64,000 bases of DNA from Cyanophora paradoxa CCMP329 (taxonomy: Eukaryota > Plantae > Glaucophyta), in contig QPMI01000121.1 in the NCBI GenBank assembly GCA_004431415.1, forward strand, positions 137,156 through 201,155. Reading direction: 5' to 3'. Under the pieces are notes generated by a model, which had not been told where the DNA came from, did not search any database, and saw nothing but the letters and a program-made list of their open reading frames with translations. This document shows, piece after piece, positions 11,732 through 24,223 of the stretch. The position numbers and the translations under genes are program-made. Every line of letters starts with the position of its first letter. The stretch's first letter is position 1.

Positions 11732-14700
11732 ATGGAGCTTCTGCACTTATTTATGAACTACGCATGCGAATTCGAAGGAACGGGCACCTGTGCGGCGCGA
11801 GCACGGGTCAGTGGTCAAGCGCAGCTGCACACTGCTCGTGCTTCGGAAGATGAGGAGGTGGTGCGGTACCTTGCGTTGTTGAGGTGGTGCGCCATGGCCA
11901 GGCATATATATGCAAGCTATCTCATGATCGCCAATTGCAACTATACGCCAACGTTTAACGGAGTTATATGCGAACGATATGTACGTGCATATATATATGC
12001 GAATGTTTGAACTCCCAGCAGGCTCGACATCGGAGGGGTGATCATGAATTTGGAGTGCAATGCTAGCAGCACTTGCGACTTCAATGCGCACATTCGCGAG
12101 GAGTCCTCAGGCCCACTCGAAGCCCGCCGGGCTCTTATAGAGCTCCTTTCAGCATTCAAATGCGATCCAAAGGATAAATTTAAGGATGTGCCCAGACCGG
12201 ACGCGGTCAAGTCTCTCGAGAATTGGAGGTGTGCAGTTTTGCTTCCGCTCATTGTGTAGCCAAAATTTGATGTTTAACGCACGGTGTGGCTGTAAGCAGC
12301 AAACTGTTGCGACTAGCTTTCCCGAATGTTCCACTCGTTAAACTTCCGAAGAATTCCGTGCGACTTTCTCGTTGGCTTAAGCTTATGACTATGCGACCTT
12401 TAGCTGACGACTAAAATCCGTTTCAGGCTCGAAAGGTGCGGCAATTACAGTCCCCCTTCTCCATTTATTGATCTCTTGCTATCACATTAACAGGCGGCAA
12501 ATGAAGAGTTTTTGACTGCCATGATTAAGAACGATTATGATATTCTAGTTGAAGATATGCGAAAATTGAAGATAAAGGTATTGGACACTCCATCATTGTC
12601 TCATGGCGAGCTAAAGACGATCTTGAGCCTTCTGAGCCAACTGTTCCGGGTATGTAATTATAAATGTATTTTATAAAATATTGAGTTGTGCTTATGCACG
12701 CATGTCTGTCGCGCAGAGATGCATGTTCGGAAAGCTCTGCAATTTCGGCAACGCTGCAGGTTTGAGTGTTAATGCATCTTTATCGAGTCCGGAGCTCGAT
12801 ATGCTTCTTTCTTGGGCGAATCAGACATTGAAGTATGCATATTCTGACTGTAAATCTGCCAATCGTGCTCTTAATAAAAGGCATGGCAGAAATTCGCACG
12901 CTCCATCGGAATTGCGGGACCGCGGCATTGATCCGCTTGCTTTTTCGTCAGAATTACGGGTATTTATAGGTTCTCTAACACATTCACATATGAACGCAAT
13001 ATGTGACACCACTTCGAATTTAGGATATGAGAATTTACGCTCAAATATTCCGAGAAGTCGTGCACACGGCTGGCATTCCATTGGACGCTTCGGCTCTCGT
13101 CGAGAGCATCTACGCCTTGGAAGAGCCTCGGGAGAGAGCATCTGAATTTCTCAAAGCCCTTGAAGATGCGAGAGTTGGCATGGGGGTCCGATGTCGCGAC
13201 TTCGCAAGTGAAGAGGCTTTAGTGCGGGTGTGTGGCGCCGGCCGTAATACAATTAGACAAGTGCACATTTAAAATTTATTCATTTCTGTGAAATTAAATG
13301 CATCCAGGGAGATGACGATGCACACTTCGCACTTCTTGCTCTTTTGAAGTACAGAGCGTCGAATCGAAACCAAGCACATGTAGATGATGGAGATGTTGCT
13401 TGCGGTATGTATGTGCGCGCTCTTAAGAAAGTTGTTTGGTGTCTAAGCAATAGTGAATTGTTTTCTCAGAGGTCGAACATGACCTCGATCTCTCCACACT
13501 CATCCACAACCTGCACGCGCGCAAGACACCGCAAGCTGGAGACGAACTTTGCGTCTCAATGACCTGCAAAAGCAAACACGGCTATCCGCTTGTCGGCGCT
13601 GGTTGCACTGATATTGCATCGAAGCTTTCGGAATTAGGTCTCGAGATTCAAATGCGAAGTCCGAATGGTCGCACCATCTCTCCAAGTTTCAACACCAATT
13701 GCAACGGAGATATCACAGGAGCGACAGGAACCTTGGAAGTCCGTTTTCAGCCCGAGCAAGCAGGAAACCACCAGCTCTTAATTAAGTACCGCGGAATCGA
13801 GGTCGATATGCCTGAGCACTCTGAATCGAGCTTCAACGTACAGCCAGGTGCACATGTGCACATCTACGTATACATTGAAAGCCCGAATGTTGTTACGAGC
13901 CGCGTATATCGGTTCCGCCTCGCGTCGAATTTTTTTTGCACTCCCAATAGCAAATGCAACGATTTGTCTCTATGTCTAGATTGCATTGCATATGCATTTC
14001 CTTGCCATGTCCCCTATACAGATCTAGAGCGCACACCGACCGAGCCCTCCTCGTCCTTAAGCTTCCCGCGGCTCTCACAGGCGAGCTGGTGCCCGGCCCC
14101 CTGCAGCCCGATACGAATGGAGCGGGGGTGGCTGGAACGCAGGTGTCCTACCGCACGCGCTGCGTGGACCGCTTCGGCAACGTGGTGGTGCGGAGCGTGG
14201 AGCAGCTGGCGGAGCTTGGCCTGCGGCTGCGGGTCACGGATCCGCTGGGCCGCGACGTCGCTGTCAACACCGACGTCGATCCCGTGAGCGGCACCGCGAC
14301 GTTCACCTTCACGCCCACCACAGCGGACGTCCCTGGAGCGGCCGGCGGGGCAGCGGCACCGGCCTGCCACGTGCTGTCGCTTGAGCGCAACGGCCAGGTC
14401 GTACCAGCAGCAGAGAGTGGCGGAGCAGCGCGCCAAGTGCTTCACGTTGGCCCTGGTTCGCACTTGATGACCCCTTGGATTACATGTACTAGATGTCGCT
14501 CCGGTCCTCAGCGATTAATCATAGCACGTGCACATGGGCTGACCCTAGATTTCAAAGCTCTTAAAGCTGGAAATATATCACAATATCGTCGATGCTTGAT
14601 CCTGGCTCGAGCGCGAGACCACGGAGGCTTCAAACAGCGCTACGTATACGCCGGCTAGGGGCGTACACGTAGCGGCTAGCTGTGTATTATTTCTTCTTAT

Positions 14701-17700
14701 GATTTCCCACGTTAACGTTTCGGAAATTCTGCGGATCGCCCGGCCTCGTGCTCGCGTGTCTTCCGATTGAATCGGCCCGCTGACGCCGCCCTCCTCGGTC
14801 TTCGCGCGCAGGCGAACTGCTGCTTTGCCCCGCGGATCCGGAGGTTGACGCTGACGACGCTGGCGCAATGGGCGGCTCTGCGGAAGGAGCGTTGGCGGCA
14901 TCGCAGACAGTGGCGCGGACAGTGACGGCAGGGAGGCAGGTGTCCTACCGCGTGCGCTGCGTGGACCGCTTCGGCAACGTGGTGGTGCGGAGCGTGGAGC
15001 AGCTGGAAGCGCGTGGTGTACGGCTGCGAGTCGCGGACCCGCTGGGGCAGCCGGTGCCTGTGACCGCGGACGTCGATCCCGTGAGTGGCACCGCGACGTT
15101 CACCTTCACGCCCACCACAGCGGACGTCCCCGGATCCGGAGAGGCTGGCGAAGCGGCGGCGCCGGCCTGCCACGTGCTGTCGCTCGAGCATAACGGCCAG
15201 GCCGTGCAAGCAGCAGGGGACGCAAATGTGGCGGCAGCAGAGGACGGGTTTGTGGCGGCGGCAGTGCCCAACGAGCTTCATGTCGATCCTGGTGCGCATG
15301 CGCAGCCCCGGCGCCGGCCGCGTTGTTTTATACGAACCATGGCCATGGATAGCGCGCGTCTCGGTGTTGGCCAGGATATTCTATGCCGGAACGAGGCGCA
15401 TATATCGGTTCTGCCTAGCATCGATGCGCTCCCAGTAGTAAATGCAACGGTTTGTCTCTAGGTTTAGATTGCATTGCATATGCATTTCCTTGCCATGTCC
15501 CCTATATAGAGCGCATACCGACCAAGCCGTCCTCGTCCTCCCTGCGGCCCTCGCAGGCAAGCTGGTGCCCGGCCCCCTGCAGCCCGATACGAATGGAGCG
15601 GGGGTGGCTGGAACGCAGGTGTCCTACCGCACGCGCTGCGTGGACCGCTTCGGCAACGTGGTGGTGCGGAGCGTGGAGCAGCTGGCGGAGCTTGGCCTGC
15701 GGCTGCGGGTCACGGATCCGCTGGGCCGCGACGTCGCTGTCAACACCGACGTCGATCCCGTGAGCGGCACCGCGACATTCACCTTCACGCCCACCACAGC
15801 GGACGTCCCTGGAGCGGCCGGCGGGGCAGCGGCACCGGCCTGCCACGTGCTGTCGCTTGAGCGCAACGGCCAGGTCGTACCAGCAGCAGAGAGTGGCGGA
15901 GCAGCGCGCCAAGTGCTTCACGTTGGCCCTGGTTCGCACTTGATGACCCCTTGGATTACATGTACTAGATGTCGCTCCGGTCCTCAGCGATTAATCATAG
16001 CACGTGCACATGGGCTGACCCTAGATTTCAAAGCTCTTAAAGCTGGAAATATATCACAATATCGTCGATGCTTGATCCTGGCTCGAGCGCGAGACCACGG
16101 AGGCTTCAAACAGCGCTACGTATACGCCGGCTAGGGGCGTACACGTAGCGGCTAGCTGTGTATTATTTCTTCTTATGATTTCCCACGTTAACGTTTCGGA
16201 AATTCTGCGGATCGCCCGGCCTCGTGCTCGCGTGTCTTCCGATTGAATCGGCCCGCTGACGCCGCCCTCCTCGGTCTTCGCGCGCAGGCGAACTGCTGCT
16301 TTGCCCCGCGGATCCGGAGGTTGACGCTGACGACGCTGGCGCAATGGGCGGCTCTGCGGAAGGAGCGTTGGCGGCATCGCAGACAGTGGCGCGGACAGTG
16401 ACGGCAGGGAGGCAGGTGTCCTACCGCGTGCGCTGCGTGGACCGCTTCGGCAACGTGGTGGTGCGGAGCGTGGAGCAGCTGGAAGCGCGTGGTGTACGGC
16501 TGCGAGTCGCGGACCCGCTGGGGCAGCCGGTGCCTGTGACCGCGGACGTCGATCCCGTGAGTGGCACCGCGACGTTCACCTTCACGCCCACCACAGCGGA
16601 CGTCCCCGGATCCGGAGAGGCTGGCGAAGCGGCGGCGCCGGCCTGCCACGTGCTGTCGCTCGAGCATAACGGCCAGGCCGTGCAAGCAGCAGGGGACGCA
16701 AATGTGGCGGCAGCAGAGGACGGGTTTGTGGCGGCGGCAGTGCCCAACGAGCTTCATGTCGATCCTGGTGCGCATGCGCAGCCCCGGCGCCGGCCGCGTT
16801 GTTTTATACGAACCATGGCCATGGATAGCGCGCGTCTCGGTGTTGGCCAGGATATTCTATGCCGGAACGAGGCGCATATATCGGTTCTGCCTAGCATCGA
16901 TGCGCTCCCAGTAGTAAGTGCAACAGTTTGTCTCTAGGTTTAGATTGCATTGCATATGCATTTCCTTGCCATGTCCCCTATATAGAGCGCATACCGACCA
17001 AGCCGTCCTCGTCCTCCCTGCGGCCCTCGCAGGCAAGCTGGTGCCCGGCCCCCTGCAGCCCGATACGAATGGAGCGGGGGTGGCTGGAACGCAGGTGTCC
17101 TACCGCACGCGCTGCGTGGACCGCTTCGGCAACGTGGTGGTGCGGAGCGTGGAGCAGCTGGCGGAGCTTGGCCTGCGGCTGCGGGTCACGGATCCGCTGG
17201 GCCGCGACGTCGCTGTCAACACCGACGTCGATCCCGTGAGCGGCACCGCGACGTTCACCTTCACGCCCACCACAGCGGACGTCCCTGGAGCGGCCGGCGG
17301 GGCAGCGGCACCGGCCTGCCACGTGCTGTCGCTTGAGCGCAACAGCCAGGTCGTACCAGCAGCAGAGAGTGGCGGAGCAGCGCGCCAAGTGCTTCACGTT
17401 GGCCCTGGTTCGCACTTGATGACCCCTTCGATTACATGTACTAGATGTCGCTCCGGTCCTCAGCGATTAATCATAGCACGTGCACATGGGCTGACCCTAG
17501 ATTTCAAAGCTCTTAAAGCTGGAAATATATCACAATATCGTCGATGCTTGATCCTGGCTCGAGCGCGAGACCACGGAGGCTTCAAACAGCGCTACGCCGG
17601 CTAGGGGCGTACACGTAGCGGCTAGCTGTGTATTATTTCTTCTTATGATTTCCCACGTTAACGTTTCGGAAATTCTGCGGATCGCCCGGCCTCGTGCTCG

Positions 17701-20700
17701 CGTGTCTTCCGATTGAATCGGCCCGCTGACGCCGCCCTCCTCGGTCTTCGCGCGCAGGCGAACTGCTGCTTTGCCCCGCGGATCCGGAGGTTGACGCTGA
17801 CGACGCTGGCGCAATGGGCGGCTCTGCAGAAGGAGCGTTGGCGGCATCGCAGACAGTGGCGCGGACAGTGACGGCAGGGAGGCAGGTGTCCTACCGCGTG
17901 CGCTGCGTGGACCGCTTCGGCAACGTGGTGGTGCGGAGCGTGGAGCAGCTGGAAGCGCGTGGTGTACGGCTGCGAGTCGCGGACCCGCTGGGGCAGCCGG
18001 TGCCTGTGACCGCGGACGTCGATCCCGTGAGTGGCACCGCGACGTTCACCTTCACGCCCACCACAGCGGACGTCCCCGGATCCGGAGAGGCTGGCGAAGC
18101 GGCGGCGCCGGCCTGCCACGTGCTGTCGCTCGAGCATAACGGCCAGGCCGTGCAAGCAGCAGGGGACGCAAATGTGGCGGCAGCAGAGGACGGGTTTGTG
18201 GCGGCGGCAGTGCCCAACGAGCTTCATGTCGATCCTGGTGCGCATGCGCAGCCCCGGCGCCGGCCGCGTTGTTTTATACGAACCATGGCCATGGATAGCG
18301 CGCGTCTCGGTGTTGGCCAGGATATTCTATGCCGGAACGAGGCGCATATATCGGTTCTGCCTAGCATCGATGCGCTCCCAGTAGTAAATGCAACGGTTTG
18401 TCTCTAGGTTTAGATTGCATTGCATATGCATTTCCTTGCCATGTCCCCTATATAGAGCGCATACCGACCAAGCCGTCCTCGTCCTCCCTGCGGCCCTCGC
18501 AGGCAAGCTGGTGCCCGGCCCCCTGCAGCCCGATACGAATGGAGCGGGGGTGGCTGGAACGCAGGTGTCCTACCGCACGCGCTGCGTGGACCGCTTCGGC
18601 AACGTGGTGGTGCGGAGCGTGGAGCAGCTGGCGGAGCTTGGCCTGCGGCTGCGGGTCACGGATCCGCTGGGCCGCGACGTCGCTGTCAACACCGACGTCG
18701 ATCCCGTGAGCGGCACCGCGACGTTCACCTTCACGCCGACCACAGCGGACGTCCCTGGAGCGGCCGGCGGGGCAGCGGCACCGGCCTGCCACGTGCTGTC
18801 GCTTGAGCGCAACGGCCAGGTCGTACCAGCAGCAGAGAGTGGCGGAGCAGCGCGCCAAGTGCTTCACGTTGGCCCTGGTTCGCACTTGATGACCCCTTGG
18901 ATTACGTATACATGTACTAGATGTCGCTCCGGTCCTCAGCGATTAATCATAGCACGTGCACATGGGCTGACCCTAGATTTCAAAGCTCTTAAAGCTGGCA
19001 ATATCTCACAATATCGTCGATGCTTGATCCTGGCTCGATCGCGAGCGCGAGACCACGGAGGCTTCAAACAGCGCTACGCCGGCTAGGGGCGTACACGTAG
19101 CGGCTAGCTGTGTATTATTTCTTCTTATGATTTCCCACGTTAACGTTTCGGAAATTCTGCGGATCGCCCGGCCTCGTGCTCGCGTGTCTTCCAATTGAAT
19201 CGGCCCTCTGACGCCGCCCTCCTCGGTCTTCGCGCGCAGGCGAACTGCTGCTTTGCCCCGCGGAACCGGAGGTTGACGCTGACGACGCTGGCGCAATGGG
19301 CGGCTCTGCGGAAGGAGCGTTGGCGGCATCGCAGACAGTGGCGCGGACAGTGACGGCAGGGAGGCAGGTGTCCTACCGCGTGCGCTGCGTGGACCGCTTC
19401 GGCAACGTGGTGGTGCGGAGCGTGGAGCAGCTGGAAGCGCGTGGTGTACGGCTGCGAGTCGCGGACCCGCTGGGGCAGCCGGTGCCTGTGACCGCGGACG
19501 TCGATCCCGTGAGTGGCACCGCGACGTTCACCTTCACGCCCACCACAGCGGACGTCCCCGGATCCGGAGAGGCTGGCGAAGCGGCGGCGCCGGCCTGCCA
19601 CGTGCTGTCGCTCGAGCACAACGGCCAGGCCGTGCCAGCAGCAGAGAATGGCGGATCAGCGCGCCAAGAGCTTCACATCGACCCAGGTGCGCGACGTTTA
19701 GGTACTGTGCATTGTATATATATATTTATTTGCAAGCTGTAAGTATATAAATCTTGCGCGCCTGCTTCGGTGCATGCTCTAGATCAGTGCACGTGTGCAC
19801 AGGCATATAGCTTTAGCGACAATATCGATGGGCGATCCAGACTCTAGATATTCCTCTAATTAATATAAAATTTAATTACCAGGCACCAGAGCTAGCTGCA
19901 GCGAGCACGAGACGACAATTGCAAAGACTTTAAACAGCGCAGTCCTAGAAGCGTTGCGGCTAGCACTACATCATCACCATTGAATCGGCCCTCTGACGCC
20001 GCCCTCCTCGGTCCTCGTGCGCAGGCGAGCTGCTGCTCCGCCCCGCGGAGGTTGACGCTGACGACGCTGGCGCAATGGGCGGCTCTGCGGAAGGAGCATC
20101 GACGGCAGTGCAGACAGTGGCGCGGACAGTGACGGCAGGGAGGCAGGTGTCCTACCGCGTGCGCTGCGTGGACCGCTTCGGCAACGTGGTGGTGCGGAGC
20201 GTGGAGCAGCTGGCGGAGCTTGGCCTGCGGCTGCGGGTCACGGATCCGTTGGATCGCGACGTCGCTGTCAACACAGACGTCGATCCCGTGAGCGGCACCG
20301 CGACGTTCACCTTCACGCCCACCACAGCGGACGTCCCCGGATCCGGAGAGGCTGGCGCCGGTGGCGGGGCGTCGGGGCCAGCCTGTCACGTGCTGGCGCT
20401 TGAAAGAAACGGCCAGGCTGCACCAGCAGCTGAAAATGGTGGAGCAGCGCGCCAATTGCAAGAGCTTCACGTTGGTCCTGGTTCGCAAATGTTTGACGTC
20501 GCGAATCACAGATACTAGATCATGTGATAGATCAGAGATAGATCATGGTTTACGTACATTGGCGGAACCAAGCTTTCGAATATGCAAAACAATATCGATG
20601 CTCGCTTCTGCATCGAGATCAGCGATTGTATAAATAAAGCGGCAAATTAGTCTGGAATTGCAATTTACTGGGCTGGTGCATGCGCAGGCCCTCTACAGCC

Positions 20701-22497
20701 ATCGGCATCTCGTTGTATCGCCCTTTCGTCATCGGGAGATGCACGTAATGTGGATATGCTACGCGAACGAGCTGGAACGAGTGCCAAATTCATGTTCGTT
20801 TTGTACGACGATTGGAACAACGAGATTACGATCCCCGATTACCTCGTTGAAGACATTGTGACGAATACCCGCTTGGTTAAACTATCTGTAAGTAACATCA
20901 TCTTTACACATATATAAAGGTTATTTGTATTATTGTTCTCTTTTAAATCATTAGTTCTTCTGCTTTCCTTCGTTTTTTTGGCTCCTTACTCATGTCCGGC
21001 TACCACGTGCACAGTACTTGTAGTGCTATCTAGAGACTTTGGCCGGCAATAAAGTATAAGTATGTACTGGCCGAAGTTAACGCGTATTTCGTGCAGGAAT
21101 CATTTGATCAGGGCGATTGCGAGCTTTGTTTGAAGCCCGAGGTGACCAAGAATTCCTCCGGCAGAGGGACGCTTGATGTGAGCTTCTCTCTCAAAAAGGC
21201 GGGAGAGTATTACCTGGAAGTTCTCGGACTTCTTAAAAATATTCAGTCTCGGCGGAAGCATACCTCAAACTCAAATCAGAACCCAAATCGCTGGAGGAGC
21301 TTTCATCACAAATGCACCGTTTTGCCAGGCATGCTGTCTTTTCCGTTATTTTTAAACCGAGCACTCGTATTGATCATGTTGACAGCTGCAGAAGCATCAT
21401 CTATAACACCTTCCAATCAATTAATTGACAGCAATCGCATCGTTGTAAAAGGACGTGACCGCTTCGATAATGAGATGCTTTTCGATGATCTGATACGATG
21501 TGTAGCTTTTGAATTGTTCGGACGTCAAGGCTTTGTTCCTCTGCAGGTCCGCCAAGGCGTCTGCACGTGCACGTGCATGTGATTTATTGATTCGATCATA
21601 AATTTCGCGAACGCAGATATATGCCGGGGACGATAAGCAGTCGATTGTCTTGGATCTCGGCAAGAGATTGCTCCCAACTGGAATTTACAAAGCTACTATC
21701 ATCAAGAAACTTGATTCGAGAAAAGAACTTGATCTGAATCCAGAAGAAGAGGAGTTCTTGCATCACGTCTCACCGGACGTATTACCGGATTCGGATGCAG
21801 CAGAGGCGGTCAAGAGCTGCGGGCAAGTGCAGTTTATGCAAACGGATCCAGATAGCAGAGCACTTGTGTCTTTTTTTGTTCCTATTCCGCCACGAACAAG
21901 TGACCATGTGAAATTTATATTCATCTGCGATGACTCCGGTTCAATGAAAAACTTTCGCAATTCGGTGCGCCAGCGAATGCGATCGGAAGATTAAATGATG
22001 AGATGATGATTCATTTCATTCAAAATCGAATTGGCAGGTGACCGATTCCATCGAGATGATTCTTCACCGGATATATCAACATTTCCAGTTCGGTGAAGCT
22101 GGCGCAGATTTTGATGTGGATCTCATCAACTTCAGCGAGCGAGCTGAGGTTCTCCGCATGGGCACCGACCCTTCCATCTGGAGGCAAGTGTTGGAGACGC
22201 GAGGCAACACACCCGGGACCAAGGGCACGCATACGTTCTACGGACAGGCATTGAACTCTCTGCTCGATATTCTTCGGGATCTCGACTCGCAGCTGCAACG
22301 AGACCTTCTTACAAGCACTCGAGTTAATATATTCTTTTTAACCGACGGACAGCCCACCGACGGAGAGGCGTGGATAGCCCCATGCAATCATGTGCAGCAG
22401 TTGCTAACCGCGTGGTCTACGAGATTGCCTATAGCTAGTGCAGTCTACGCTCTTGGATTTGGAAACGATGTTCCTGAGGTGAAGCCCTCCCCTTACC

Positions 22498-22528
<31 letters not shown>

Positions 22529-23591
22529 CCTCGCCCCTCCCCCCCTTCGGCCACCAAGAGAATGAGACTGAAATGCATCGATAGCCTGATCCATCTCACG
22601 CAGGACGTGCGAACCAGAATATGTGAAATGTCAAGCGGAAAAAACTATTACACTCATGCCGACGTCGATCGTGCGTTTTCTCGCCGGCCGACCTATTCTC
22701 CATTGCAAATTGCAAAGGCTGATCGATTGTTTTTAGAAAACGCGAACGAACTCTGTCAACGTTTAGATTCAATATTTGCTACCGCCACACATTGTGAGGA
22801 AGATGCGACTGTGCAATTCGAGATCTTCAAACGGAACAACGCTGGAGAAGAATATATTTTGATAAGCGAGTCGGCATCACAGATGATCCCTGCTGGAGTA
22901 GACAATGTTCATGTGACACGCCACGTGCGAATGGCTGCAAAAACTGGCGCATTCATGAAAGCTTCAACATGGGACATCATGTGCACGCCCGTCGATGTCT
23001 TTTTAAGATATGATGTATCATTATCCCGCCCTGCAAGCAACCGTTTCCAAGGAGAGCTTCCGGCAAATGTGTTCGTGGCTTCCAGCGAGCATGCCAATAA
23101 TGTAAGTCATATATCATGCAAATGGAAATTTGTATTTCTTTATATTTAAGAACACCGTTCAGTCCATTTTGCAAGCGTCTGTCGACGACGAAATCACGAA
23201 TTGTTGCAATCGGTTGGAAAACCTTCTACACAACCCAGTTGCAGATGTACCCGGCTTGATCGACCGCGAGCGAAAATTTGCCGATCAAATACACCGCGAG
23301 TTCGATTCGAGCGTCACCGCGAATTCGAGCTCTACTTCAGCATACGTACTGCGTTCGCAGCGTTCGAAACAGCTACTTGACGACATCCGGGAACGTTGTG
23401 GCCAGCTTCAAGCAGCGGTCAAAGCCGTTGCAGAGGCTCTCCAAGCTCCAAATCCGCGGCCTGATAAAATAGCCGAAGCTCAAAACAAAGTCAGGGCAGC
23501 TAAAGATTCGGGGAAAATCGCACAAGGCGCCCTGTTAGCGAAGCTAGCCACAAGTTTTGCAACTGTTCTAGCCACTAGCCAATTGCAATAG
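11732..23591 (+). CDS. Large multi-exon protein: tandem filamin/Ig-like repeats followed by a von Willebrand factor A domain and helical C-terminus (5' exons uncertain)
   Basis: Repeat exons read AG.QVSYR.RCVDRFGN...LRV.DPLG...DVDPVSGTATFTFTPTT...HVLSLE.NGQ...LHV.PG, matching the filamin-repeat pattern. Divergent repeats near 13.5-13.85 kb and 21.1-21.55 kb. vWA MIDAS motifs FIFICDDSGSM (about 21912), TFYGQAL, IFFLTDGQPTD and VYALGFG (22040-22480). Stop TAG at 23589-23591. Confidence 0.7.
13950..20480 (+). repeat. Tandem array of about 4 x 1476-bp units (two exons plus two introns each) plus a ninth mosaic exon
   Basis: Exons 14081-14455, 14812-15291, 15557-15931, 16288-16767, 17033-17407, 17758-18237, 18503-18877, 19240-19686 and 20025-20480. 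All lengths are multiples of 3 and all are flanked by phase-1 introns. Introns are nearly identical between units. Confidence 0.92.
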
Positions 23592-24223
23592 GTGCACTCG
23601 AATATTCGAATAGTCGACATTTATTTATCTCACCGTCGAATTGTGACTGGTCGCTATAGCTAGCGCTTGATGTGAAGGCTATTGACCTCGACTCGCGCTT
23701 TCAAAATTTATATATAACGCTTGCCTTGCACACTATACCGACATGTAAACGCGTAGGACAAAGGCGGTATCGATTGGGCCGGGCGGCCGCAGGGGACGAA
23801 GGGGCGGGGAGTGTGAGCAGGCGGCTGGCGCCGGGGCTGGGCGCGATCGGCGGGCCGGTGGCGGGGCTAGTCGTCGTAGATGCGGACGGTGGCGGCGACA
23901 AGCCCGTCGAGGTGCTCGCTCTCAGCGGGGCTCGACGTCCTAAGATAGAAGGCCGCCGCTCCGCCCAGGAGCCCGCCTCGCGCTACGCGTCCTCAGTGAC
24001 CGCCACTCTCCATAAGGCCCTCGACCCTTATCTCCGCTAGTCGTCGTAGATTCGGACGCCACAAGGCCGGGCGCCCTCAAAATCGCACAAGGCGCCCTGT
24101 TGGCGAAGCTAGCCACAAATTTTGCAACTGTTCTAGCCACTAGCCAATTCCAATAGGTACACTCGAACATTCGAATAGTCGACCTTTATATATCTCGAGC
24201 TCAGTAGCCCCGCCTGCGGGGCG

